A stretch of DNA of 64,000 nt from a phage: sequence record PZ540767.1; one strand, given 5' to 3'. Below, one piece after another: positions 12,301-20,939 of the stretch. Both the position numbers and the translations under genes were made by a program. Each line of letters begins with the position of its first letter. Position 1 is the first letter of the stretch. Below the pieces are notes generated by a model that did not search any database, was not told the origin of the DNA, and saw nothing but the letters and a program-made list of their open reading frames with translations.

Positions 12301-15300
12301 AATCAGCAAGATCGAAAGCCAGAACGTGCATGATGCTAACATCCTGTCTCCTGACAATGTGCTGAAAGGTGCTCGTATCCAGAACAAAGCTATGTTTGAT
12401 GCTGTGGTTTCTTATCATCCTCAACATCTGGCTGCTTCTGCACTGCTGACTGAAGTTCGTAGTCTGGCTGGTGCTAACCTGTCTACCAACGACAAGGTTG
12501 CAGCGAAGAAAGCTCTGGAAGCCATGAAGACTAAGATCCTGGGTAAAGACTTCAAGGGCAACATGAAAGCTGCTCTGAACACTATCCTTAACCAGGCATA
12601 TGATCGTGACATTAAGAAACTGGAGACTCTCTCTGAAGTCTATGCTGTTAACCAGTATGGTACTGAGGGGGGTGAATACCTGATCACTGATACTGATCGT
12701 AAGAAAATTGGTGATGAGATTGCACGTCTGAAACGTAGTCGTGCTGCTGGCTTACAACGTATCTCTGCTATGTTCTCTAAGGGTAATGCCCCAAAGGCTG
12801 AGGCCAACCAGTATCCTGATAAGATGAGACAATACCTGTATGAGGCTTCGGCCTCTACAGGCTCTGTGTCAGCTTCTGAGGTGATGGCTCGTACCAAAGG
12901 TAAGTTTGCTAACCCAGTATATAACGAACTCCACAATCTCATTTCTGGTTTGATTCCAGCTGATGCTGTGGTGAACGTACTGGATGGGCAGACTATGCCT
13001 AAGAATGTTAAGGGGCAGTCACTGCCCCAGAACCGTGATGCCATTGCATGGTCTTATCAAGATAAAAACACTGCACAGGTTAACCTGTCACTCAGCAAAG
13101 AGGCTTCACCTGAAGTCTTGCTGCATGAACTGACTCACATTGCTCTGGGACGTGCAATTGCTACTGCTGATTCAAATCCAAAAGTAAAAGCTGTACTGGC
13201 CCGTACAGAGAAGCTAATGGGTAGAGTGACCAAGCTGGTTTCAGCTGATCCTCAATTGACTCAGAAGTTTGCCCCTGCTTTGGCTAACGTGGATGAATTT
13301 ATCTCCTGGGGTATGACTAACCCAGAATTCCAACGTTACCTTGATACCATCACTGGTGTGCCTGAAATCTCAGGTCGTAACCGTGGATGGTTGGGTACTG
13401 CCTTTAAACAGTTTGTGGATCAAATGTCAGGCATCTTTGCTGCTGTAACTGGTCGAGCTATTAATGCTCGGGTTACTACTGCTCTGGAAGCTCTGACCTT
13501 CGATACTGCACATCTGGTTCAGGCTATTAATCCTACTGCTATTGAGAGTCCTGTATCTTCTATCAGCCACCCTATGAGCAACACTAACAGTGCTGCTGAT
13601 CAGGTAGCTAAGTTTAGCCATGTGGATATCTTTGATAACCTGGCTTCAACAGGTGGCAAGACTAACTCAGCACAGTTCACAGGTAACCTCCGTAATGTAA
13701 TATCCACTGTGGCGGATCAGCTTTACGGTGCTTTAGGCTCCAGAGTCACCCAGAATGCCAATGAGAATTATACTCCTGGTCAAGTCTGGAATGAGGCTGT
13801 AGCCACTGGGAAAGCCCCTGTCAGCACCGAAGCACTGAGCAATGGGTTTGTACTGACTAATCAGGAAGCCTTTGCTGTGGAGGCCATTGAGGCTGCTGTA
13901 TCTGAATCTCTGGCTTCTGGTTTCACTTCACCAGTTAACCGGGAGATTCGTCGTACTTGGCAAGCTGCTAAACAATCCCTGAAACCAGAAGACTTCCATA
14001 ATGGAAACTGGAATCAGGCAACTCAAGCAGAAAAACGAGCTGCTCAACAGAAATGGAATTATCTGTTTGATGTAACGAATGACTCTGGTGAGTCCCAGCA
14101 TCTGTCTCGTTTCGTTGCTATGGCTATTGGGCATGAAGACACCAGTAACTTACTTGGCTTCCAGATGGAAGATGGTAAGGACTCTGGTAATACTGCCTTT
14201 GAACAGGCTACTGCTTACTTTAACCAGGCTGTTAATACAGTCTCTGGCATGTTGACCAATACCCATCAAGGACAAGCTGCAAATGCTCGTGCTCAAGCAC
14301 TAGCTGAAAAGCTGATCCAGATTGAACTTAAGAACCGTGATACCACCATGAATATTCTTACTGGTGGGATCGACAAAGTAGAGAATGCCTTAGATACGGC
14401 TGCTGCTAAGTCTAAACAGTTCCTGGGTAAAATCGTTAAAGCTACTGGTATTGATCAGTCCTCCAACAATGCTCTGAATGCTATGGGCAAAGTTGCAGGA
14501 TTGGCTGCTCGTGATCAGCTGGGTAGCCTGAAAGAAACTATTAAAGAGTTCCGGGACTTTAATGCCCCTAGTACTCCAGAAGGTTCTCTGGCTTCCATTC
14601 TGACTGAAGCAACGAATGCTGATGATGTTCGTGCTCTGCATGAATCTCTGTTACGTTCTACTAAACGTATTGAACAGGATCGTGCAACCTTAGCTGCTGT
14701 TACTGCTAAGAACTTAAATGAGATGTTTGATAACAATGGTCAAGACCTGACTAAAGAAGATCGTACAGCAATGACTTACTCACTGCTTCGTACTGATCTT
14801 CAGTCTGTGTTGCACATTGAAGGTATGAACCTGAATAACTTACATAAACTGGTTTCTAATACTGGTTATCGTAAGCAGCAGATCAATAACCTTGAGAAAA
14901 CCATTAGCCAGTATGCTAACGGTAATGATAAGATCATTCGTGCCAAGGCTCTGGGATTCTGGATGGCTACTGGCAGAAATACCCTGGGACGTGATTTAGT
15001 TCTGAATGCAAAAGCTATTGCTACCGGAGCTGCTACTCACTATTCCACAGTAGGTATCGAACCGACTCTTGATGAAGTGAACGCCATTGATGCTCTGGCT
15101 TCAATGTACGCTCTAAGCTACACCAAGACCGAAAACCGTGTTCGCACTGCTGCTGTAATGGAACGTGAGCTTGCACGAGGTAAAGACAATGGCATTAAAA
15201 TGCTGATGGCTACTTATGCGAACCTGATTGAGGATTCTGCTAATACGCTGTTTGCTGGTAACCAGTTGTCTCGCATTAAAGGCTATTTGCCTGAAGATAC

Positions 15301-17050
15301 CAATCCTCATCATGACTTACGTGCGGTTGAGTCGGGGAGTGCAGATGAAGCAGCACTGGTGAACATGGGATACCAAAAAGTATCCCCACTGTCCCAGGAC
15401 TCTTTGTCAAAACACTCTGGACGTGTACTGTATGTGACCAAAGAGAATGGGTATCAACGAACCGTCTCTGGTACTTTCAGTTTAACTGGAAGCCAGCGTA
15501 AAGGTTCTTCCCTAAGTGGGGATCGTGCTGTTGCTGATCGTGTTCGAGCTGACGAGTTAGAACAGTTAAGGCAAGCGTCCTATGCAGACGTGCGAGGGCG
15601 TGAAGCACTGTCCCACACTGCCTTTGATCCTACTCAGATCCAGGATAACCATGTAGTGCCTGTATTAAGCACTGATGGTCATATCATGGACTTCCGTTAC
15701 ATGGCTACCCACAATACTCGTGACACGTTCCTTGATCGTAATAATGACTTTGCTGACCTTGTTGGTCGTCTGGCTGGTCAGAATATCGATAAGGGTGATG
15801 CCCCAAGCCAGAATGCTAAGATCCTGGAAGCTCTGCATGAAGACTCTAAGGCTAATATCCTGAAGAATCCTAATGCTTACTTTGAGATTGGGCCTAATGC
15901 ACCTACTGAGCGAGGACGTGAGATCTGGGCAATGATGCCTTATGAAGCACGTACTAAAGCTACTTCTCTGTGGGGTGCTGATCGTATGTATATTCGAAAC
16001 GATCTGGTTAACCTTACTTTTGGCTTCCGTAAGTATTCACTGGCTAACATTTTTGATGTTGATCCAGAACAGCGTAATATTGCTCAGGGTGTTGCTGCTG
16101 GTTTACTTGAAGCTGCTTTTGGTGATAAGGCTAAAGCTTATGTAATTAAGGGTGAGCGTGGCATTCAGGAATTTATGCAGTCCTATAAGGACGTGATCGT
16201 TATTCGTAACCTGAAAACCCAGTTCAGTAATATTATGTCTAATACTGCTCTACTGGCTGCTTATGGCGTTAACCCGGTACGTATGGTTAAAGATATCCGT
16301 ACTGCTCTGGTTGCTGGGATTGACTACCGTAAACAGTACTCGCTGCTACTCAAGTATCAGCAACAGCAACGTGCTGGTATTGGTAACTTTGCTCAGATGG
16401 AGTCCCTGATCAATGAGACGCAGGATCGCTTGAATGCTAACCCTCTGGCTAAGTTTATTCAGGCAGGTATGATGCCTACCATCGTAGAAGACGTTCAGCC
16501 TGATGCTGATGGTTACACTTATGGTTCTAAGATCCGTAAGAAATTTAATGAGGTATCTGCCCATCTGCCAGCTTCTGCTGTAACAGCTGCTCGCTGGGCT
16601 GTGATTGATAAAGGTACTGCACCTCATAAATTCTTAAGTGATGCTGCTCAGTTCAGTGACTTTGCTGCTAAGTATGCTCTGTATAAGCACCTGACAGAAC
16701 ATGCCCGAGATCGCCTGAGTCATACTGAGGCTTTACAACGTGCATCTGATGCTTTTGTTAACTATGACATTCCAGCTACAGCTACTCGCCAATATCTGGA
16801 TGATATGGGGATTACCATGTTTACGAAGTATCGTGTTCGTATCCAACGTGCAATGTTCTACTTGATGGATAAACGTCCAGCATCTGTTATGGCACATATG
16901 GCAATTACAGGGCAGTTTACTCATGCACCTGATGCTATGGAGCCACTGTTTGCACGTAACTTAGGTAACCCATTCACACCTTCAGTATTGCAGGGTGGGA
17001 GTTTGTTGAATGTCCCAATGCCTTGGAACTTATTCAGAATGGCATACTAA
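6368..17050 (+). CDS. Giant virion-associated RNA polymerase (vRNAP-like, 3560 aa)
   Basis: Single uninterrupted 10.7-kb ORF; size class matches N4 vRNAP (~3500 aa); sits at the end of the structural operon; followed by a strong terminator. Confidence 0.8.
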   Translation: MRLQSGYSTILRNTQMAGNSSPLDKFLVPQQVTGQEAAQALPAPTQPTIAQRVNDASTRILNNLTGQGMYPTEEGEIARLKRINNEQSAYAKEVAAKDSDYGWSSTNFLDPETSSLTDRTASTFVNYGKALTDAVNGLAGKTDKTFKTLGNVLDQASIPNDALDAYRRVQAGKGTEADNALLDRQGAWWTQPIEVNQYGVPEMGNQTLRQRLDAINERQKTQNQSSYDNLEKLANPVQMQQAAADIEKSIEGKSGLDKFAAGLAAIARNPGAAGQTMVESAPYMVGGIPGMLASSAMQGGSVLSQYLDTQRKASDGQIPTAKDVAIGTGLGVVDGALNFAESIINRTAMLPGSKVLPAGVADRLVNAAQRIAPRSSTAAAALARVTAPTLDLAKNALTEGLVSGAQNQIEENYAKGKNEWDTKGNDVAFFQGIAAATGFGAPRAALSTAGEVANTAAQAMQKRTEAQDPVGQAARNTTPEDLMNPQSEGYNPAAAIRRAGMEWTRNTDATTDEQKAEIQSQAQSAMDAAQNDHQNNLDMINQRATAERTLADAGKFIPAIQERLDQLSNDPNADPDAVNQLQTILAQQTEARDAAQQQLDAMPSQEELAQSATRSAEVLDQAKSEFGKFSSATGMNTNTAKPENPTASDIISHPMSYTNEDLQEFVRNAPANATPAELGTLRALADAKVAENAVKTGSKVNSEIFKSTSNNLSLGDYQQGINTAVQAGDTNRIQSLMTGINNFETSHTAKADIAQQYLNEAKQNGKSYQILKTSNGWELNTGKRLDAKAQAKNGGFTIHKGSTGLVNNIVNEAKAITATRQYMEGIATPSTNQNVTGSTEQVASPEAQPEGAATVAGETGAQEQQAQPTISPLTTRDIRAMDQATLEKVMATTQQAMSSDTNPVLARNLDALDREWTRRADVATNQNRGVDAPHRKLDDSFKPKAQENEIQRSQAETTTQTEHTQADIDNESTGSESQQTAPVNVDDVVTNTDTLTETQQDNVAHGALSIFGKVGESLKALREKALAEPKGLQNLVLTGFNQRVRPGFGSPLVAVKDFINTLKTAVDTGSFTEVNRFLKQHISESKAEGAKQKALLKQFVEFHDHITANLDNIIRTKAPEYRYQDFAQFILDENGNFDSNTKTGIAAGIFSWLGENGDKMFLNQSEVAKTLRIKEDQLTPQAMSRMADIGYRQDLIMSQLGQRIYQAMGFAKRADVDPNRASKLQNALGAYALHAMYSNGYMEQSLMTAKEYFDLQTMGLDEQSAKEAAQAFQNDFGVSPNDAKHKIVFSRPARNFDAEGKPVAIEAISDIKNGMKDTRSLMSKLFGYDPAVREVLTTKPAGFKQKVFGKMNREVPSVLAARISKAMQYDYTIDQGVVNAMRTMSTVDNAALQHIFGVRTDADVPNEMEIFKKGREAKNADIQRSMEMGLDFANRRGTNPFWMPMEVWTNQRIGDLASEFNPQGSKVHRAMGGLSAHQVEISVARNAPVLDADGKPTQYGLFLVSLAQGMEEAPVIGADGKKLKSVDKQTYATFLPAFQNYLRKPENIKAVRAMQKVIAGSATTADTNVIKNAVAEYGMNGQSFAALHNLAQYATALESGKSSVKLLAQMESDGVTNGPILTNILNGSADFDLLKRGGIYREGDNITNMPTYRELGGQDYYELLGDAMRQHWADYKTNAPASQQGQIQALEYFSTGYGARSKAKTLATPFNYSAGIPALKAAMGRATVEDVYSKIGSLIPLAKSNNKADFAKAYAEVSKNLSVLLGQKVNLPRTADGLVKFSLNPAQTKRIIDVDSQTRGVATETAVNEVAADFIASRDANTSLVNTTFTLANLRYNAAKAALLKKRIAEGKIPVDAKGAPLEGLTQADLDKLSRMIPNMPSATGVLSENTKASGYPMAKVEKAFTAKSPATSIDIYFKEAANPKPAMDANGMLLSQGLVGGYKSTQSTVTETKLTNPGVAMGANVTQGTDAAISSDVISKIESQNVHDANILSPDNVLKGARIQNKAMFDAVVSYHPQHLAASALLTEVRSLAGANLSTNDKVAAKKALEAMKTKILGKDFKGNMKAALNTILNQAYDRDIKKLETLSEVYAVNQYGTEGGEYLITDTDRKKIGDEIARLKRSRAAGLQRISAMFSKGNAPKAEANQYPDKMRQYLYEASASTGSVSASEVMARTKGKFANPVYNELHNLISGLIPADAVVNVLDGQTMPKNVKGQSLPQNRDAIAWSYQDKNTAQVNLSLSKEASPEVLLHELTHIALGRAIATADSNPKVKAVLARTEKLMGRVTKLVSADPQLTQKFAPALANVDEFISWGMTNPEFQRYLDTITGVPEISGRNRGWLGTAFKQFVDQMSGIFAAVTGRAINARVTTALEALTFDTAHLVQAINPTAIESPVSSISHPMSNTNSAADQVAKFSHVDIFDNLASTGGKTNSAQFTGNLRNVISTVADQLYGALGSRVTQNANENYTPGQVWNEAVATGKAPVSTEALSNGFVLTNQEAFAVEAIEAAVSESLASGFTSPVNREIRRTWQAAKQSLKPEDFHNGNWNQATQAEKRAAQQKWNYLFDVTNDSGESQHLSRFVAMAIGHEDTSNLLGFQMEDGKDSGNTAFEQATAYFNQAVNTVSGMLTNTHQGQAANARAQALAEKLIQIELKNRDTTMNILTGGIDKVENALDTAAAKSKQFLGKIVKATGIDQSSNNALNAMGKVAGLAARDQLGSLKETIKEFRDFNAPSTPEGSLASILTEATNADDVRALHESLLRSTKRIEQDRATLAAVTAKNLNEMFDNNGQDLTKEDRTAMTYSLLRTDLQSVLHIEGMNLNNLHKLVSNTGYRKQQINNLEKTISQYANGNDKIIRAKALGFWMATGRNTLGRDLVLNAKAIATGAATHYSTVGIEPTLDEVNAIDALASMYALSYTKTENRVRTAAVMERELARGKDNGIKMLMATYANLIEDSANTLFAGNQLSRIKGYLPEDTNPHHDLRAVESGSADEAALVNMGYQKVSPLSQDSLSKHSGRVLYVTKENGYQRTVSGTFSLTGSQRKGSSLSGDRAVADRVRADELEQLRQASYADVRGREALSHTAFDPTQIQDNHVVPVLSTDGHIMDFRYMATHNTRDTFLDRNNDFADLVGRLAGQNIDKGDAPSQNAKILEALHEDSKANILKNPNAYFEIGPNAPTERGREIWAMMPYEARTKATSLWGADRMYIRNDLVNLTFGFRKYSLANIFDVDPEQRNIAQGVAAGLLEAAFGDKAKAYVIKGERGIQEFMQSYKDVIVIRNLKTQFSNIMSNTALLAAYGVNPVRMVKDIRTALVAGIDYRKQYSLLLKYQQQQRAGIGNFAQMESLINETQDRLNANPLAKFIQAGMMPTIVEDVQPDADGYTYGSKIRKKFNEVSAHLPASAVTAARWAVIDKGTAPHKFLSDAAQFSDFAAKYALYKHLTEHARDRLSHTEALQRASDAFVNYDIPATATRQYLDDMGITMFTKYRVRIQRAMFYLMDKRPASVMAHMAITGQFTHAPDAMEPLFARNLGNPFTPSVLQGGSLLNVPMPWNLFRMAY

Positions 17051-17054
17051 TAAA

Positions 17055-17082
17055 AAGCCCCTCAATGAGGGGCTTCTTTTTG
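17055..17082. terminator. Bidirectional intrinsic terminator at convergence of + and - operons
   Basis: aagcccctc-aat-gaggggctt 9-bp stem, T-tract on + side (ctttttgg) and A/T-rich on - side. Confidence 0.6.
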
Positions 17083-17086
17083 GCTC

Positions 17087-17260
17087 TTATGAGTCACGCT
17101 TTTCCTGGATGACTGCTCCAATGAGGCAAGCAATAAAAATTACAGCCACAAAGAACCAGAAGAAGCTAAGTAACCAGAAAGCTACCTTCATTAAAGCCAG
17201 TACAGCAATGGCTGCAATCACACAGAACAGGCCAATAAAGCCATTAATAACGTGTCTCAT
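17087..17260 (-). CDS. Small hydrophobic membrane protein (57 aa), not in ORF track
   Basis: Hand-translated: MRHVINGFIGLFCVIAAIAVLALMKVAFWLLSFFWFFVAVIFIACLIGAVIQEKRDS*; ATG 17260 with aggtga RBS; two predicted TM segments. Confidence 0.4.
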   Translation of the reverse strand: MRHVINGFIGLFCVIAAIAVLALMKVAFWLLSFFWFFVAVIFIACLIGAVIQEKRDS

Positions 17261-17270
17261 AGATCACCTG

Positions 17271-17975
17271 TTAGTCGAAGTTAGCAAATGGGTCGTCTTC
17301 AGTATCTGCTGGTTTAGCAAAGCCAGCCTCACTGGTTTCAACTACTTTGGTTACCGGAGTATCTGCCTGAGCAAACAGCTCGTCACCTTCAGATGAAGCC
17401 AGCCCAGCGTCTGCGAATGGATCGACTTCTTCTGCTACAGCAGCATCTTTGGCTTCTGGCAGCAGTTCATTTTCAGCACGCAGGTTTGCACCTTCGTCAA
17501 TGTCGAATGGGGCAGCATTGTCTGCATCACTGGTTTCAGCAAAGAGATCTTCTTCACTTTCAGTTTGAGTTTCTGCTTCAGCTTTTACTTCAGCCTGTGC
17601 TGCGGCTTCTTCGGCAGCTTTATCAGCTTCGATTTCAGCTTTAGTACGACGTTTACGACGCTTAGGCTTATCGTCACCAGGTTCGTTACTGGTTTCCTCA
17701 GCTGAATCTTCTTCAGCCTCTTCCTCTTCCACTACTGGAGGCTCTGCGAAGAGTTGTTTAGCAACTTCAGACACAGAACCAGAACTAAGAGGGCCAGTTA
17801 AATCAGCAACAGATTTCAGGCGGAAGTTATCTTCGCCTACAGCTACAGCTGCCACGATCTGACCATCCAGAATACCTACTGTAACATCAGCCCCTTTAGC
17901 TGTAGGTACGAGACTGGAAAACGCATGTTTGGTCACCAGTTCGATCAGATCTTCAGTAGAAAGCAAAATACGCAT
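17271..17975 (-). CDS. Highly acidic protein with repeated D-P-F motifs (234 aa)
   Basis: ATG with aagga RBS; Glu/Asp-rich, KPKRRKRR basic patch; internal 'EEVDPFADAG' and C-terminal 'EDDPFANFD'. Confidence 0.6.
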   Translation of the reverse strand: MRILLSTEDLIELVTKHAFSSLVPTAKGADVTVGILDGQIVAAVAVGEDNFRLKSVADLTGPLSSGSVSEVAKQLFAEPPVVEEEEAEEDSAEETSNEPGDDKPKRRKRRTKAEIEADKAAEEAAAQAEVKAEAETQTESEEDLFAETSDADNAAPFDIDEGANLRAENELLPEAKDAAVAEEVDPFADAGLASSEGDELFAQADTPVTKVVETSEAGFAKPADTEDDPFANFD

Positions 17976-17977
17976 AG

Positions 17978-18541
17978 TTAATCCTTAGTAGCTAACATGG
18001 TTAGCATTTTGAAAGTTTCAGTTTTAATTCCAGCATGTACGGCTGCTACAGCGTCTGCCATGTGCTCTGCTTTACTGGCAATGATCTGGCCATTAAGTTT
18101 GGGCCAGTTAGCATCAGGATATAAACCAGATGCCCAATCAATACCTTGCTGCTTTGTTGCAGAGGATTTACCAGTGATTTCCATTCTGGTTTCAGTAGCA
18201 TTTACACAGATCACAGGTTTAGCACCATGACTGTTTCGTATGGCTGCTATTAACCCAATACAGGCACCTGCACCCAGTGAAGCTCTGGCATTCTGACTGC
18301 CATGAGGAACTTCAATACAGATGGCATCTATGTAAGGCATATAGCTCATTACCTTCTCAAACAGGTATTCAGCTCTGGCTAAGTCCTGAGAAGATTTCCG
18401 TACTTGCTTGGAATTATCTTTGGGTGGTTGGATAACATCCAGCTTGGCAACACTAAGAGATCTGGCTTCAGTGTCATATAACATTGCAGCCAGTCCCCAG
18501 TTACTAAAGCTTGGATCCATCCCCAGCAGTTTGAGTTTCAT
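17978..18541 (-). CDS. RuvC-like Holliday junction resolvase
   Basis: N-terminal 'LGMDPSFSNWG' resembles RuvC-family G(I/L)DPG motif; ~187 aa. Confidence 0.5.
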   Translation of the reverse strand: MKLKLLGMDPSFSNWGLAAMLYDTEARSLSVAKLDVIQPPKDNSKQVRKSSQDLARAEYLFEKVMSYMPYIDAICIEVPHGSQNARASLGAGACIGLIAAIRNSHGAKPVICVNATETRMEITGKSSATKQQGIDWASGLYPDANWPKLNGQIIASKAEHMADAVAAVHAGIKTETFKMLTMLATKD

Positions 18542-18827
18542 TAGGATCCTCTTCCATGGTGAAGGGCAGTTTTAAGAACTGGTTCAGAGCATACTCTACA
18601 CCCAGTTTAAATAAAGCACGTTCACGAGGATCAGTAATCAACTCAGGTTGATCAGCACCATCGAATTGGACGTTAAGATCGATATCGTCCGGGGCTTGAA
18701 TTACAGCCAACAGGTGATGGCCAATGTTACGATGCCAATCTGCTACCAGGAAACCTAACTGAAGGTGGTTCTCTACTGGCAGAATGTTTTCAGGTTGATC
18801 CTGTACTACGGTTGAATCTTGGGTCAT
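18504..18827 (-). CDS. Hypothetical protein (107 aa)
   Basis: ORF with ATG preceded by gaggt RBS; overlaps resolvase start by 38 nt. Confidence 0.45.
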   Translation of the reverse strand: MTQDSTVVQDQPENILPVENHLQLGFLVADWHRNIGHHLLAVIQAPDDIDLNVQFDGADQPELITDPRERALFKLGVEYALNQFLKLPFTMEEDPNETQTAGDGSKL

Positions 18828-18869
18828 GGTAACCTCAGAATAAGCCCCCTGGTTTAGGGGGCTAAGTTA

Positions 18870-19610
18870 TTACATGGTAAATGGATCATCACCAGTGGTG
18901 GCATTGTCAGATCCTGGGTTGAAACCAGCACCTGCAAAGTTACCACCCGGAGCACCAGCGTTACCCTGACCAGTCACTTCTTTGAAGCGATCCCATACCT
19001 GGCCTTTGTTAGCTTCGAGCCACTTATCTTTGAAAGTAGCGACTTCCTGCTTACCACGAATTTCCTGTTCAGTCTTATCGTCTTTACTACGGAAGACTTT
19101 TGCAATGGCATTGATCTCACGAGCTTCATTGATCGGCTCATACTGACCATCATCGTTGCGTTTCTGCTTGTTCTCTTTAATACGCTGGATAGCGAAGGTG
19201 ATCGGTTTACCACACAGATCCACCAGCATAGGAACATCAGTCGGAACTTCGGCTTTCTTCTCGAAGTTATACAGGTTGATGGTTTTGGTTTCTGGTTCCA
19301 GTTTAACCAGAGGCTTACCGCAGGCCAGCAGGCAGATCGAGTTTGCTTTCAGGAAGTTCTTGGTGTACTCGCCTTTATCGTTGACGACTTTACCCTGACC
19401 GTTCATGAACCAGATCTGCTCTTTGTAGATGCCGTGATCATCTTCGAATTCGATGTTCATGGCTTGAGCTTTGGACTTTTCCGACTTGGTGATGTAAGCC
19501 AGTTTGATGATGCCCGGATAGACGTCAGTGTCACGAATGCGCATACCAGTGCCCAGGGTATCTTTCTCTACTGCTTTTTCTGCATCATAGTTAAAATCAA
19601 AATAAGACAT
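18870..19610 (-). CDS. ssb: Single-stranded DNA-binding protein (phage SSB-like)
   Basis: 246 aa with Gly-rich linker (GNAGAPGGNFAGAGFNPG) and acidic tail 'GDDPFTM', reminiscent of SSB C-terminal tails; position in replication/recombination module. Confidence 0.5.
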   Translation of the reverse strand: MSYFDFNYDAEKAVEKDTLGTGMRIRDTDVYPGIIKLAYITKSEKSKAQAMNIEFEDDHGIYKEQIWFMNGQGKVVNDKGEYTKNFLKANSICLLACGKPLVKLEPETKTINLYNFEKKAEVPTDVPMLVDLCGKPITFAIQRIKENKQKRNDDGQYEPINEAREINAIAKVFRSKDDKTEQEIRGKQEVATFKDKWLEANKGQVWDRFKEVTGQGNAGAPGGNFAGAGFNPGSDNATTGDDPFTM

Positions 19611-19611
19611 G

Positions 19612-20142
19612 TTAGTTACCTTTTGTTTCTAGGCCATGGTTCTCATGGAAGCCTAATTCAATTAATTTCTCAGCCCGGCAGATAGCTGCTTCATTGGCTG
19701 TTTTGAAGGTACGTTGCCATACCTTCTTACGGTTCATCGTGATTTCTGCTACATAGCGATCACGACGTTTGCAGTACCAAATACCTTGGTGTCCAGTAAT
19801 GGTATTGCTGATTGCACCCCTGTTTCGCATATTCTGAAGCATCGTAGTGTCCTTCAGATTTACTGCCCTGTTGTCATCACGAATATGGTTATCGTGGTCT
19901 ACGTGCCCTTTAGGCCACTGCCTGTTGTGCATGTAGTAACAGATGATATGCTCTCCATAGGTAGTGCCGAAGATTGTTATATGGCGGTAGCCGCTAGCCT
20001 TGTGGAGACTCCCAGCGCGACTACCGATAACAATTCTCTTATTACAAGACTTGCTAATCCAAGTAAGATGTCCAGTAAGAGCATCATATTTTAGTACCTT
20101 TTCAAGCATTTCAAGGGTGAGATCTTTTTTGGGAATTTTCAT
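19612..20142 (-). CDS. HNH homing endonuclease with AP2-like DNA-binding domain
   Basis: 'HVDHDNHIRDDNRAVNL' HNH motif; C-terminal 'GIWYCKRRDRYVAEITMNRKKVWQRTFKTANEAAICRAEKL' AP2-like; free-standing between ssb and ATPase. Confidence 0.7.
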   Translation of the reverse strand: MKIPKKDLTLEMLEKVLKYDALTGHLTWISKSCNKRIVIGSRAGSLHKASGYRHITIFGTTYGEHIICYYMHNRQWPKGHVDHDNHIRDDNRAVNLKDTTMLQNMRNRGAISNTITGHQGIWYCKRRDRYVAEITMNRKKVWQRTFKTANEAAICRAEKLIELGFHENHGLETKGN

Positions 20143-20870
20143 GCGTAATACTCATGCAAACGGTCTAAGACCAACTGCATGTCATTATCGATGAAGGTTT
20201 CCTTGATATCAAATAAGTCCTCTGGGCCACGTAAACGCTCGTTAATGGTGTTCTTAGTAACCTGGGTCTGGTAAACATGCTTGTACCCGAGCATCTCCTC
20301 GCGCTCGTTAATGTGAAGTAACCCGTTCTGGTATTCTTCCAGATCCGTAAGCTTCACTTTCTTACAGGCAATAACCAGACTGAAGTATGACTCAATGCCC
20401 TGGTTCTTCAGTGCCCCTTTAACAGGTACACAGGTTTCACGAACCATGTCATCGTTAACTTCATCCTTCGTGTGAGCTAAGAAGATCACGTTCTTGGTAG
20501 ACGTGGCTACCAGCACCTGCATCAGGTGTTTGAACTGCTGGGCAAATTGGCCCCATGCAGCTTGGGTATTCGAGCTAGTAAGTACGAGCTGGCTCTCTAC
20601 CATGTCCATGTAGTACGTCAGTGAATCAACTACAATGGTGTGAATATTCGGCTGGGTTTCAGCCCACTGAAACGCTTTAGGGAGGATATCCCAACGTGCA
20701 ATGGTACGTTCCAGGAAACCTGATTTGAACGGCAGCTTTTTACCTGATTCACAGTTAAGGTACAGCACACCTTCCGGGTTCTTCAGGTTCTTCAGTGACC
20801 GTGATTTACCACTTGCTGATTTACCTACAAGCAGTACAAGGTTGTCATTAACGCTGATTTGATCGGACAT
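20139..20870 (-). CDS. RecA-fold P-loop ATPase (Sak4/AAA_24-like recombination ATPase)
   Basis: Walker A 'GKSASGKS', Walker B-like 'IVVDSL'; start set to internal ATG 20870 (MSDQ...). Confidence 0.5.
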   Translation of the reverse strand: MSDQISVNDNLVLLVGKSASGKSRSLKNLKNPEGVLYLNCESGKKLPFKSGFLERTIARWDILPKAFQWAETQPNIHTIVVDSLTYYMDMVESQLVLTSSNTQAAWGQFAQQFKHLMQVLVATSTKNVIFLAHTKDEVNDDMVRETCVPVKGALKNQGIESYFSLVIACKKVKLTDLEEYQNGLLHINEREEMLGYKHVYQTQVTKNTINERLRGPEDLFDIKETFIDNDMQLVLDRLHEYYA

Positions 20871-20939
20871 AATTACCTCTTTTGAAATGCCCCCGAAGGG
20901 GCAAACCCACAAAGGGAACGGAAGTTCCCCAACACACAA

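Noticed and set aside
7556-16924. Numerous 60-160 aa ORFs on the minus strand (and off-frame + strand) inside the giant polymerase gene, e.g. 8702-9169, 10157-10636, 11264-11728, 11984-12427
   Set aside because: All lie within and antisense or off-frame to a single long ORF with consistent codon usage; expected by chance in a 10.7-kb gene.
17010-17396. + strand ORF of 128 aa spanning the vRNAP terminator
   Set aside because: Runs through a strong bidirectional terminator and is antisense to a plausible small membrane gene and the acidic-protein gene.
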